From a virus (lineage: Duplodnaviria; Caudoviricetes), in IMG/VR virus record IMGVR_UViG_3300040960_002761, positions 1 to 39,770 of that record: a stretch of 39,770 nucleotides of DNA; one strand, written 5' to 3'. Position 1 is the stretch's first letter; the number at the start of each line of letters is the position of its first letter. This document shows positions 1-7,366 of the stretch, in pieces. Made by a program: the position numbers and the translations under genes. Under the pieces are notes generated by a model. That model made no database searches. It saw only the letters and a list, made by a program, of their open reading frames with translations, and was not told where the DNA came from.

Positions 1-42
1 ATATGCCTCAAGATCAGCGAAGTAGTCAAAGTCAAGTCCCAT
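1..42 (-). CDS. 5' part of a leftward small early gene (MGLDFDYFADLEAY...), running off the window edge
   Basis: ATG at 42-40 on the minus strand, preceded by an AAGGAG Shine-Dalgarno and its own TTGACA-N17-TACGAT promoter; open to position 1. Confidence 0.6.
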   Translation of the reverse strand, partial: MGLDFDYFADLEAY

Positions 43-72
43 GATAATCTCCTTAGTTGGTTGCTTTTCTCT

Positions 73-101
73 ATCGTACTGTATCGGCAATCGTCTGTCA
101 A
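73..101 (-). promoter_or_regulatory. sigma70-type promoter TTGACA-N17-TACGAT
   Basis: Minus strand reads TTGACA gacgattgccgatacag TACGAT with an A-tract upstream; an SD and ATG follow. Confidence 0.75.
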
Positions 102-173
102 GCCCTAAAATATTTTTTTGTCAAATTCGTTGTTTTTGTGGTAGAATCAGGCAATTCCTGCCCTTCCCTTTCC

Positions 174-368
174 TTAGTTGCTATAAGCCCTATCTAACTC
201 ATTTTGCCAGAATCGAACAAGCAAGGGATCTTGAGAAGGCTTTTGCAGCACAGCATCTTGAGGCTGAACAGCAACTACTCGATTATTCCGTGAGAGAAAG
301 ATTCTCATCTTATTCAGGATAGTGTATCTAATTCCGTTTGCTTCAAAGTATGAGAGAAACTTAGTCAT
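174..368 (-). CDS. small hypothetical early protein (64 aa)
   Basis: ORF with AAAGGA SD, directly downstream of a consensus sigma70 promoter. Confidence 0.65.
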   Translation of the reverse strand: MTKFLSYFEANGIRYTILNKMRIFLSRNNRVVAVQPQDAVLQKPSQDPLLVRFWQNELDRAYSN

Positions 369-407
369 TTCTTTTCCTTTTGTTTAGTGTTTGTTTCTTA
401 TGTCCTA

Positions 408-436
408 AGTATATATACCTAATCGTCAGTTGTCAA
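408..436 (-). promoter_or_regulatory. strong sigma70-type promoter TTGACA-N17-TATACT
   Basis: Minus strand reads TTGACA actgacgattaggtata TATACT with an AT-rich UP-like tract upstream. Confidence 0.85.
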
Positions 437-471
437 GTACTTTCTTGAAAAATTTTTGGATTTTTTCGTAC

Positions 472-488
472 TGCAAATATCGTGCCAA
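472..488 (-). promoter_or_regulatory. sigma54 (RpoN) -24/-12 consensus box
   Basis: Minus strand TTGGCACGATATTTGCA matches YTGGCACGRNNNTTGCW at every position; intergenic. Confidence 0.65.
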
Positions 489-686
489 AAGTTTTTTTCT
501 TTACCCTGCTAATAGGGGGTGCGAGGCCCATATAAAACCCCACTTTCTAGGTATGCCCAATTATAACTTACAAAATATTCTTACTATGCCCCCCTGAAAA
601 AACGAGGGTGGTCCAAACACAATCATCAAAATTTATTTAAATGTATTACCCGATCTATACTAGTCAGCCCCGAATAGAATCAAAAA

Positions 687-715
687 TTGCTATTTTATTG
701 TACATTGTGTATAAT
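687..715 (+). promoter_or_regulatory. rightward promoter: TTGCTA-N17-TATAAT with extended -10 (TGTGTATAAT); first copy of the GTGTATA motif
   Basis: Sits 20 nt upstream of the ATG at 736, with an AAGGAG SD in between. Confidence 0.65.
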
Positions 716-735
716 CTCATATAAGGAGAAACAAT

Positions 736-903
736 ATGAATGATCGTAAACAATTAGATTGCCAATTGAATTGTAAAGCTACAGCAAGCTGTGACATGGC
801 CGCAGCAGAAGAAATGAACAACGAGGATAGGCCATTGATAGATCTTTTAGGAAAACAAGATGAAAGAATTGAATCTGAAGATAACGAACCAGCTGGCGAT
901 TGA
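736..903 (+). CDS. small acidic hypothetical protein, 55 aa (MNDRKQLDCQLNCKATASCD...), not in the ORF track
   Basis: ATG 736 with AAGGAG SD, TGA 901-903; first gene after the promoter; overlaps the next gene. Confidence 0.65.
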   Translation: MNDRKQLDCQLNCKATASCDMAAAEEMNNEDRPLIDLLGKQDERIESEDNEPAGD

Positions 904-1639
904 GATTGGTAAAATATCTAGATTTACTTTAGATATAGAGCTTGGTGGCGTCGAACCCTTAAAAGAGTGTAGCGAATTAATTGAATCAGCTGTAAACAAT
1001 CACGCGATATGTTGCGATAAGAATAAGTTGTCATGTGTTTTTGGCGAAGATGTAGACTTCTTTTATTTAGTCCAGCTAATGGATAAAAATAAAGGCGAAG
1101 TTTTGTCAGAAGTTGGGATTGGAAACATAAGAAATAATATCTTAAACAGAGAATTCCCATTATTCTATGAATCTAAGAAGACTGGCAGGATAATGTCTTC
1201 TAGACCTAGAAACTTTTATTACTCTGATGAAACCAAATATATAGCGGTTAGTAATTACATACCAAAAACAATCAATGAATTACTACTACAGACTAACTCA
1301 GTCATAACTAGTTCAAGCTCCCCCTCTATTCCCAATTTAATCAAGATGGAACCTAATACGTTCCTAGCGAGAACGGATGGAGAAATAGCCGCCCATTCTT
1401 TTGATGCTATGTCAGAACAAACTAGGGGTTATATATGCAACTATACAAAACAACTAATCTTAAAAAGCTCTCAGTTAAACGTTAAAAAAATAAAGACCAA
1501 ACAACTCGTCTTAGAGCCAACCAAACAAAAATCAGCCGACGCAAAGAAAGGCACAATTATCTACGATGATGAAAACGACAACCTTCTATTCTATGATGGT
1601 AAAAAATGGAAAATCTTCATGTGGCAGGACAGTAAATGA
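860..1639 (+). CDS. hypothetical protein, possibly virion structural
   Basis: 259-aa ORF; C-terminal GTIIYDDENDNLLFYDGKKW is a fibre-type beta motif; FFYL..SEVGIG..LNR resembles the N-terminal domain of ORFs 19022 and 30536. Confidence 0.6.
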   Translation: MKELNLKITNQLAIEIGKISRFTLDIELGGVEPLKECSELIESAVNNHAICCDKNKLSCVFGEDVDFFYLVQLMDKNKGEVLSEVGIGNIRNNILNREFPLFYESKKTGRIMSSRPRNFYYSDETKYIAVSNYIPKTINELLLQTNSVITSSSSPSIPNLIKMEPNTFLARTDGEIAAHSFDAMSEQTRGYICNYTKQLILKSSQLNVKKIKTKQLVLEPTKQKSADAKKGTIIYDDENDNLLFYDGKKWKIFMWQDSK

Positions 1640-2118
1640 AAATTCCAGACAATTTAACAGAGCAAGAAGTTTTCGACACAATCAGCTTAATAGTCGATAA
1701 AATAGCTCCACGATATACTTTTCATGGCTACGAAATAGATGACATAAAACAGGAATCATTTATCATATGCTTAGACGCTCTTGATAGATATGACTGCAAG
1801 CGACCTCTTGAAAATTTCTTATCAGTACATCTTTCCAATAGACTTAAAAATTTTATTAGAGATAATCATTACTTAAAGGATAACACAGAGAAAAAGAAAA
1901 TAAAATCCCCAAACTATATATCAGATGAAAACTATATAAAAGAAAATTTTGACATAGAAGAATATTTAATAAACAAAGAAATACTTCAGATTATAGATGA
2001 AGAGCTGCCTTCAAACATGAGGGAAGATTATCTGAAGATGATAAATGGTGTTTCCATCAACAAGAATAAAAAAGAAAAAATAATAAACAAGATCAAGGAA
2101 ATTTTAAAAGATGCGTAA
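1636..2118 (+). CDS. phage RNA polymerase sigma-factor-like protein (region 2 present, region 4 degenerate)
   Basis: DDIKQESFIICLDALDRYD...LENFLSVHLSNRLKNFIRD is a sigma70 region 2 signature; ELPSNMRE resembles the start of region 4; ATGA overlap with the previous gene. Confidence 0.8.
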   Translation: MKIPDNLTEQEVFDTISLIVDKIAPRYTFHGYEIDDIKQESFIICLDALDRYDCKRPLENFLSVHLSNRLKNFIRDNHYLKDNTEKKKIKSPNYISDENYIKENFDIEEYLINKEILQIIDEELPSNMREDYLKMINGVSINKNKKEKIINKIKEILKDA

Positions 2119-2896
2119 GGGCCGCATATCCAAAGACGAAGAACGTATAATATCTAGACTGGTCAATAGCATGACACCAGAGGATATTGCTAAGAAGTTA
2201 AATAGGGACACAACTTCTGTAGAAAACTTTATTAAACGCAAACTTAAAGTTGGCCTAAGCCACGAAGAAGCCGCAGCTTACTCTCTTGAAGACCGCCCCT
2301 ACTGGGTTGAGCTAAAGGCCCAATTTACTGACCATGAATTAGAGCTATTCAAATATCACTGGTCCCGAATCATCTCACAGTTCAAGGATGACGTATTCCC
2401 AACAGAAGAGTTACAAGTCGTTGATGTTATTAAGCTTGAGATACTCATGAATAGATGCCTGAAGGGTAACAAGGAGAATATCGAACAAATAAACATATAC
2501 GACAAGATGATAAAGGACGAACGCTCTAGAGACAAAGATCAGCAAGATCATGATTACATTATTAACCTAGAACGACAAGTTGCTTCACTAAGGGCGTCAC
2601 AAGAAAGCCTCAATCGTGACTACCGAGAACTACAAGCGAAAAAAGCCAGCATGTTGCGCGAAATGAAGGGAACCCGCGAACAAAGAATCAAAAGGTTGGA
2701 AGATAGCAAGCAGAGCTTCACAAGTTGGGTTGCGTCGATGATGCAAGATCCTGAGAAGATGAAGCGTTACGGTATTGAGATGGAAAAAATGAGAATGGCG
2801 ATGAAGAAGGAAGAGGAAAGATTGTCATCTTTCCATAAATATGAAGACGGAACAGTTGATCAACCATTTTTAAGTCCAGAAACAGTAAAGGATTAG
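2111..2896 (+). CDS. HTH plus coiled-coil protein; candidate terminase small subunit
   Basis: N-terminal HTH-like segment (MTPEDIAKKLNRDTTSVENFI), long heptad-rich helix, location upstream of the packaging genes; the TerS call is inference. Confidence 0.45.
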   Translation: MRKGRISKDEERIISRLVNSMTPEDIAKKLNRDTTSVENFIKRKLKVGLSHEEAAAYSLEDRPYWVELKAQFTDHELELFKYHWSRIISQFKDDVFPTEELQVVDVIKLEILMNRCLKGNKENIEQINIYDKMIKDERSRDKDQQDHDYIINLERQVASLRASQESLNRDYRELQAKKASMLREMKGTREQRIKRLEDSKQSFTSWVASMMQDPEKMKRYGIEMEKMRMAMKKEEERLSSFHKYEDGTVDQPFLSPETVKD

Positions 2897-2897
2897 T

Positions 2898-2996
2898 ATG
2901 GACCCCGAATCACTATTTGTAATTTTACCATGTTGGTCGTTGGCGATTGGGTTTGAGTTATTGGTGGTGTTTTTTATAGTCAGGTCAACCAAATGA
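2898..2996 (+). CDS. 32-aa hydrophobic membrane peptide (MDPESLFVILPCWSLAIGFELLVVFFIVRSTK)
   Basis: Fills the gap exactly: starts 1 nt after the previous stop and ends in an ATGA overlap with the next gene; hydrophobic helix followed by a basic tail. Confidence 0.55.
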   Translation: MDPESLFVILPCWSLAIGFELLVVFFIVRSTK

Positions 2997-3610
2997 AAAT
3001 AGAAAATCCCAAAATAATACTTCTTCACCCCGGCAAAACTGGCGGTACATCATTAGAGCATACCCTTAGAGATAAATACTTGGGTTTATCTTACAAGCTT
3101 AATGCGAAAGAACCAGATAGAAATATAATGTTTGGGTTCGATAAAAAAATAAACATATATCTTCAACACGCATGTCTTAATCTTTATAAAGCTTTTGGCG
3201 TAGATTTTAAAACATACAAGACTATATCTACTATTCGACGCCCCTATGAAAGAATACTATCCTGTTATTTTTATAACGGTAAGTCTACTAAGTTTACTTT
3301 CGATGAATTTATAACTCAAGAACTAGAGAAATGTGCTTATGTGAGCTTTGAAAAAGAATATGCTTGTAGTCATTTCGCCCCTCAGTTTTACTACACACAT
3401 CTCGATGATTATGTTGTAGATCATATTATTAAGCTTGAGAATTTCAGACAAGACTCTTTAAAAGCTGGCTTAAACGTAAACTATCATTACTCTAAAACTG
3501 CTGGTACACGTAAATATAAAAACTACATGGATGCATATAACCAAAAAACAAAAGACATAGTATACTCTATTTACAAAGAAGATTTTAAACTTTACGATTA
3601 TAAGCCATGA
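2993..3610 (+). CDS. PAPS-dependent carbohydrate sulfotransferase (Sulfotransfer_2 family)
   Basis: 5'-PSB motif HPGKTGGTSL, 3'-PB motif RRPYERILSCY, HFAPQ and the C-terminal YKEDFKLYDY are typical of this family. Confidence 0.85.
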   Translation: MKIENPKIILLHPGKTGGTSLEHTLRDKYLGLSYKLNAKEPDRNIMFGFDKKINIYLQHACLNLYKAFGVDFKTYKTISTIRRPYERILSCYFYNGKSTKFTFDEFITQELEKCAYVSFEKEYACSHFAPQFYYTHLDDYVVDHIIKLENFRQDSLKAGLNVNYHYSKTAGTRKYKNYMDAYNQKTKDIVYSIYKEDFKLYDYKP

Positions 3611-4212
3611 AAACCAATTTTAATTTAGCAAAATCATTTGTTTCTAGAAAAAGAAAAGAAGGACATGAATCTCTTTCTGGTCCGGGAAGCCATATTGTTA
3701 ATGCTCAAAAAACTATAGAACTATTGACTTATTACATAAAAAAACTAAATATAACATCAATACTTGATTTAGGGTGTGGTGATTGGAATTGGTTTAAGGA
3801 AGTAGATTTATCTAACTGTACTTATGTAGGGTGGGACGCTTGTGAAACAATGATTAGTGACAATAAAAAATCCTATGGCTCCCATGATATTAAATTTGAA
3901 ACTAAGGATATTGTTACAGAACAATACCCATATGTAGATTTAATTATTTGTAGAGATGTTTTATTCCATATGACAATCGACTTAGGTATACACGTTGTAA
4001 ATAAGTGTAGATCTTCATGTAAATTTTTTTCATGCACTAGCTTCAATGATGTGAAAGATAATATTTCTCATAAAAGCGGATGGGGTTTTTACAAAATAAA
4101 CACAAACATTACACCATTCAGCCTAAATGACTATTTGATAATATCAGAAAAAGAATCTAATAATAATCACTTAGGATACTCAAGATATATTAATATCTAT
4201 CAATTCAAATGA
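3607..4212 (+). CDS. class I SAM-dependent methyltransferase
   Basis: SGPGS, motif I ILDLGCGD, DLIICRDVLFH. Confidence 0.85.
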   Translation: MKTNFNLAKSFVSRKRKEGHESLSGPGSHIVNAQKTIELLTYYIKKLNITSILDLGCGDWNWFKEVDLSNCTYVGWDACETMISDNKKSYGSHDIKFETKDIVTEQYPYVDLIICRDVLFHMTIDLGIHVVNKCRSSCKFFSCTSFNDVKDNISHKSGWGFYKINTNITPFSLNDYLIISEKESNNNHLGYSRYINIYQFK

Positions 4213-4808
4213 TTCCACAAATACTTCATCAAATATGGATAGGGCCAAACCAAATGCCTGACCACATAAAAAGATACTGCGATATTAATCGTAAAATTTT
4301 TTATGATTACGAATACAAGTTTTGGTGTAATGAAAATATTCCTGATATGCCAGATAAATGCAAGTCACAAATGGAAAGATATGGTAAAATAAATAAGTAC
4401 GCCTTTCAAGCAGATATACTACGTTATTACCTACTTAATCAGTATGGCGGTATATACTTAGATGTTGATTTTTTATGCAGCAAAAGGTTTGATAATCTTA
4501 TAACAAAAAGTTTTTTTTGCGTTAATCCAAATAGAAAAGCTTTCCATGTTTGTAATGGTGTATTCGCCTGCTTACCAAACAACCCTATACTTACTAAGCT
4601 ATTAAATGAACTTAAAGATGAGCCATATCACGGCCCTCTTTTGTTAACAATGTATATTTCAGAATACATAGGAGTAAAATATAAAACAAACATATTGTCT
4701 CATCTTAAAGATAATCCAAATGATTACTTGGAGTGCGGACAGCCAGAAGATTTCTTTTCCGTTAAGGGCTATTGTTTTCACAATGCATTAAAAAGTTGGA
4801 TAAAATGA
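4209..4808 (+). CDS. GT32-family (DXD, Och1/SurA-like) glycosyltransferase
   Basis: IPQILHQIWIG N-terminus and ADILRYYLLNQYGGIYLDVD signature. Confidence 0.9.
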   Translation: MIPQILHQIWIGPNQMPDHIKRYCDINRKIFYDYEYKFWCNENIPDMPDKCKSQMERYGKINKYAFQADILRYYLLNQYGGIYLDVDFLCSKRFDNLITKSFFCVNPNRKAFHVCNGVFACLPNNPILTKLLNELKDEPYHGPLLLTMYISEYIGVKYKTNILSHLKDNPNDYLECGQPEDFFSVKGYCFHNALKSWIK

Positions 4809-5341
4809 AAAATTACGAACAAATACAAGGATGGTTTGATTACAAGAATACATTTGATTTTCTTGTTTCTAAAGTTCCAGACGGAGGAACATTTGTCGAG
4901 TGTGGAGCTTGGTTAGGAAGCAGTTCTTCTTATCTTTGCGATATTGCTGGTTCTAGAATAAATATCTATATAGTAGATACATGGAAAGGATCACCAGATG
5001 AACTTGAAACTACACATAAATTAGCAACAGTAACTGACATATATGAAATATTTTTAAACAATATGGGAGATAGAAAATTCATGCCAATACGCATGGATTC
5101 CATTGAAGCCTCTAAAACATTTGCCGATCTTTCTTGCGACGTTGTTTATATAGATATGACTCATACTTACGAGGCTGTAAAAAAAGATATAGAACATTGG
5201 CTTCCAAAAGTAAAAAATGGTGGATATATAGCTGGACACGATTATTCAACACACTTCCCCGGCGTTGTTAAAGCGGTTGATGAAAATTTCAAAGGACGTA
5301 TTGAGTTTGTTAATAAAAATTCTTGGATAGTTAGGAAATAA
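4805..5341 (+). CDS. SAM-dependent O-methyltransferase (Methyltransf_24-like)
   Basis: FVECGAWLGSS, VDTW, VYIDMTHTYEAVKKD, GGYIAGHDY; start moved to ATG 4805 (ATGA overlap) from the track's 4772. Confidence 0.85.
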   Translation: MKNYEQIQGWFDYKNTFDFLVSKVPDGGTFVECGAWLGSSSSYLCDIAGSRINIYIVDTWKGSPDELETTHKLATVTDIYEIFLNNMGDRKFMPIRMDSIEASKTFADLSCDVVYIDMTHTYEAVKKDIEHWLPKVKNGGYIAGHDYSTHFPGVVKAVDENFKGRIEFVNKNSWIVRK

Positions 5342-5342
5342 A

Positions 5343-6380
5343 ATGAAAGCAATAATCACAGGAATAACGGGACAGGATGGAAGCCACCTAGCAGATCTTC
5401 TTTTAGATAAAGGATATTATGTCGTTGGCGTCACTCGGCGTTGCAGTACGGACAATACACAAAGAATTAAACATATTATCAATCACGAAAGATTCAAGTT
5501 AATCGAGGGAGACATCACGGATGTAAGTAGTGTAATTAATATATTCAAAGATAACGAAGACGTTGATGAAGTCTACAATCTAGCGGCACAGTCGCATGTG
5601 GCAACCTCTTTTAAGCAACCAGCACTTACATGGGATATTACTGGAAAAGGCTGTCTAAACTTATTACAGAGCCTTGTAGACCTAAATATGCGACACGTTA
5701 AGTTTTATCAAGCCTCTTCTAGCGAAATGTTTGGAAGCTCTTATGATTTGGACAAAATGGGAAATAAATACCAAAACGAAAACACTAAGTTCATGCCACA
5801 GTCACCATACGCGATTTCTAAGTGCGCCGCTCATTATGCCGTTAGTTTGTATCGCGGTGGTTATGATTTACACGCTAGCTCTGGCATACTATTTAATCAC
5901 GAAGGTCCACGTAGGGGCGCAAACTTTGTTACGCAAAAAATTATCAAATGGATAGCCGATTTTATTCATTGGAGGAATTCTTATGAAAATCCAATATTAT
6001 TTTTTAGCGACGATTACATTAGTATAAATAACGATAAGTTCCCAAAACTAAGACTCGGAAACCTAGAAGCTTACAGGGACTGGGGATATGCTGGTGATTA
6101 TGTAGAAGCAATGTGGCTTATGCTACAGCAAGAACACCCAGAAGATTATGTTGTATGCACAGGAGAAACTCACACCATAGCAGAGTTTTTAAACATAGCT
6201 TTCTATACTGCTGGAATAACAGACTATAGAAATTTATATGTAATAGATCAAGAATTTTACAGGCCATCGGAAGTAGACTATTTAAAAGGAGATTGTTCAA
6301 AAGCCAAAAATAAACTGGGCTGGCAACCCAAGACCAACTTGGAGGGGTTAATAAAACTTATGTTGGATGCGCAACTATAA
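5343..6380 (+). CDS. gmd: GDP-mannose 4,6-dehydratase
   Basis: ITGITGQDGS, YNLAAQSHV, FYQASSSE, PQSPYAISK (YxxxK), GILFNHE, LGNL..RDWG, YRPSEVDYLKGD. Confidence 0.95.
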   Translation: MKAIITGITGQDGSHLADLLLDKGYYVVGVTRRCSTDNTQRIKHIINHERFKLIEGDITDVSSVINIFKDNEDVDEVYNLAAQSHVATSFKQPALTWDITGKGCLNLLQSLVDLNMRHVKFYQASSSEMFGSSYDLDKMGNKYQNENTKFMPQSPYAISKCAAHYAVSLYRGGYDLHASSGILFNHEGPRRGANFVTQKIIKWIADFIHWRNSYENPILFFSDDYISINNDKFPKLRLGNLEAYRDWGYAGDYVEAMWLMLQQEHPEDYVVCTGETHTIAEFLNIAFYTAGITDYRNLYVIDQEFYRPSEVDYLKGDCSKAKNKLGWQPKTNLEGLIKLMLDAQL

Positions 6381-6615
6381 ACTATTTGTAGACTTTTTTG
6401 ATGTTTACGAAGAATTAATGAGATTTAATTTGTATGAGTTTCATAGCCCATTTGCCATACTCTTTATAGAGGCTTCTGACCCCGACGATGCCTGCGAAAT
6501 AGCTATGCAAAGACTTATGAGATTAATTACCAAACAAGATAATTCGATTCAAACACGTATAATTTGTAGGAAAATAAGAAGATACTTCAGAATAGATAAA
6601 GTATATGCATTATGA
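6367..6615 (+). CDS. hypothetical protein (82 aa)
   Basis: ORF overlapping both neighbours in operon fashion. Confidence 0.6.
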   Translation: MRNYKLFVDFFDVYEELMRFNLYEFHSPFAILFIEASDPDDACEIAMQRLMRLITKQDNSIQTRIICRKIRRYFRIDKVYAL

Positions 6616-6875
6616 GAAGAGACTATAACGATCCAGAATATAAGAAATTTAGAATATCTGTACTTAATAGAGATAGATTTAAGTGCCAGATGCCTAACTG
6701 CAAGAGTAGAAAAAACTTAAACGTTCATCACATACAAAAATGGTCTAGCGCGTCTTCTCTTCGATATGAGCCTTCAAACGGAATCACTTTGTGCAACCAC
6801 TGTCATAAATCTATAACTGGAAAAGAATCCCATTACGAAAATTTATTCAGAGAGATTATTAATGGCAAAATATAA
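6612..6875 (+). CDS. small HNH endonuclease (packaging-associated type)
   Basis: RDRFKCQMPNC...LNVHHI...NGITLCNHCH zinc/HNH signature. Confidence 0.9.
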   Translation: MRRDYNDPEYKKFRISVLNRDRFKCQMPNCKSRKNLNVHHIQKWSSASSLRYEPSNGITLCNHCHKSITGKESHYENLFREIINGKI

Positions 6876-7365
6876 ACAAGCTCCAGACTTTACGGTTATT
6901 AAAGACACTAGAGAGCAAGATGGATATTATTTCAGCAAGTTTAATACTTGTGCTGGAATGATAGAACACAAGCTAGACACTGGAGACTATACAATTGAAG
7001 GACTAGAAGACAAGATATGTATAGAGCGTAAAGGTTGCGTAGAAGAATTAGCTATTAATTTAGGACAAAAGAAATACGCTTTCTTAAATGAAATAGACAG
7101 GATGGAGCCATTCCCTCATAAATATCTTGTTCTTGAATTCTCATTAGAAGATTTGATAAAATTTCCCAAAGACACTAGGATACCAGTAAAGAACAAGGCT
7201 TCGTTAAAAATAACTGGTAAGTATATGTTAAAGTGCCTAATAGAATTTGAGTTATACAATGACGTACACGTACTCTTCTGCGGAGACAAACATACAGCAT
7301 TCCTTGCTGTTAGCAGCATTTTCAAGCGAATTAACGAAATGTATACTATCGGGAGAAAGACATAA
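6862..7365 (+). CDS. ERCC4/XPF-family structure-specific nuclease
   Basis: DTREQ, LDTGDY and IERKGCVEEL match the GDxnERKxxxD/E active-site pattern. Confidence 0.85.
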   Translation: MAKYKQAPDFTVIKDTREQDGYYFSKFNTCAGMIEHKLDTGDYTIEGLEDKICIERKGCVEELAINLGQKKYAFLNEIDRMEPFPHKYLVLEFSLEDLIKFPKDTRIPVKNKASLKITGKYMLKCLIEFELYNDVHVLFCGDKHTAFLAVSSIFKRINEMYTIGRKT

Positions 7366-7366
7366 G

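Noticed and set aside
118-147. Possible rightward promoter TTGTCA-N18-TAGAAT, antisense to ORF 174-368
   Set aside because: AT-rich context that overlaps the UP region of the leftward promoter; no supported downstream gene, so it could be chance
41-322. 93-aa + strand ORF
   Set aside because: Antisense to minus-strand genes that have clear promoters and SDs; no SD of its own
4772-7366. Track start codons at 4772 and 7247 (likewise 27830 and 28113)
   Set aside because: They create long overlaps; downstream ATGs at 4805, 7367, 27878 and 28149 have an SD or ATGA coupling
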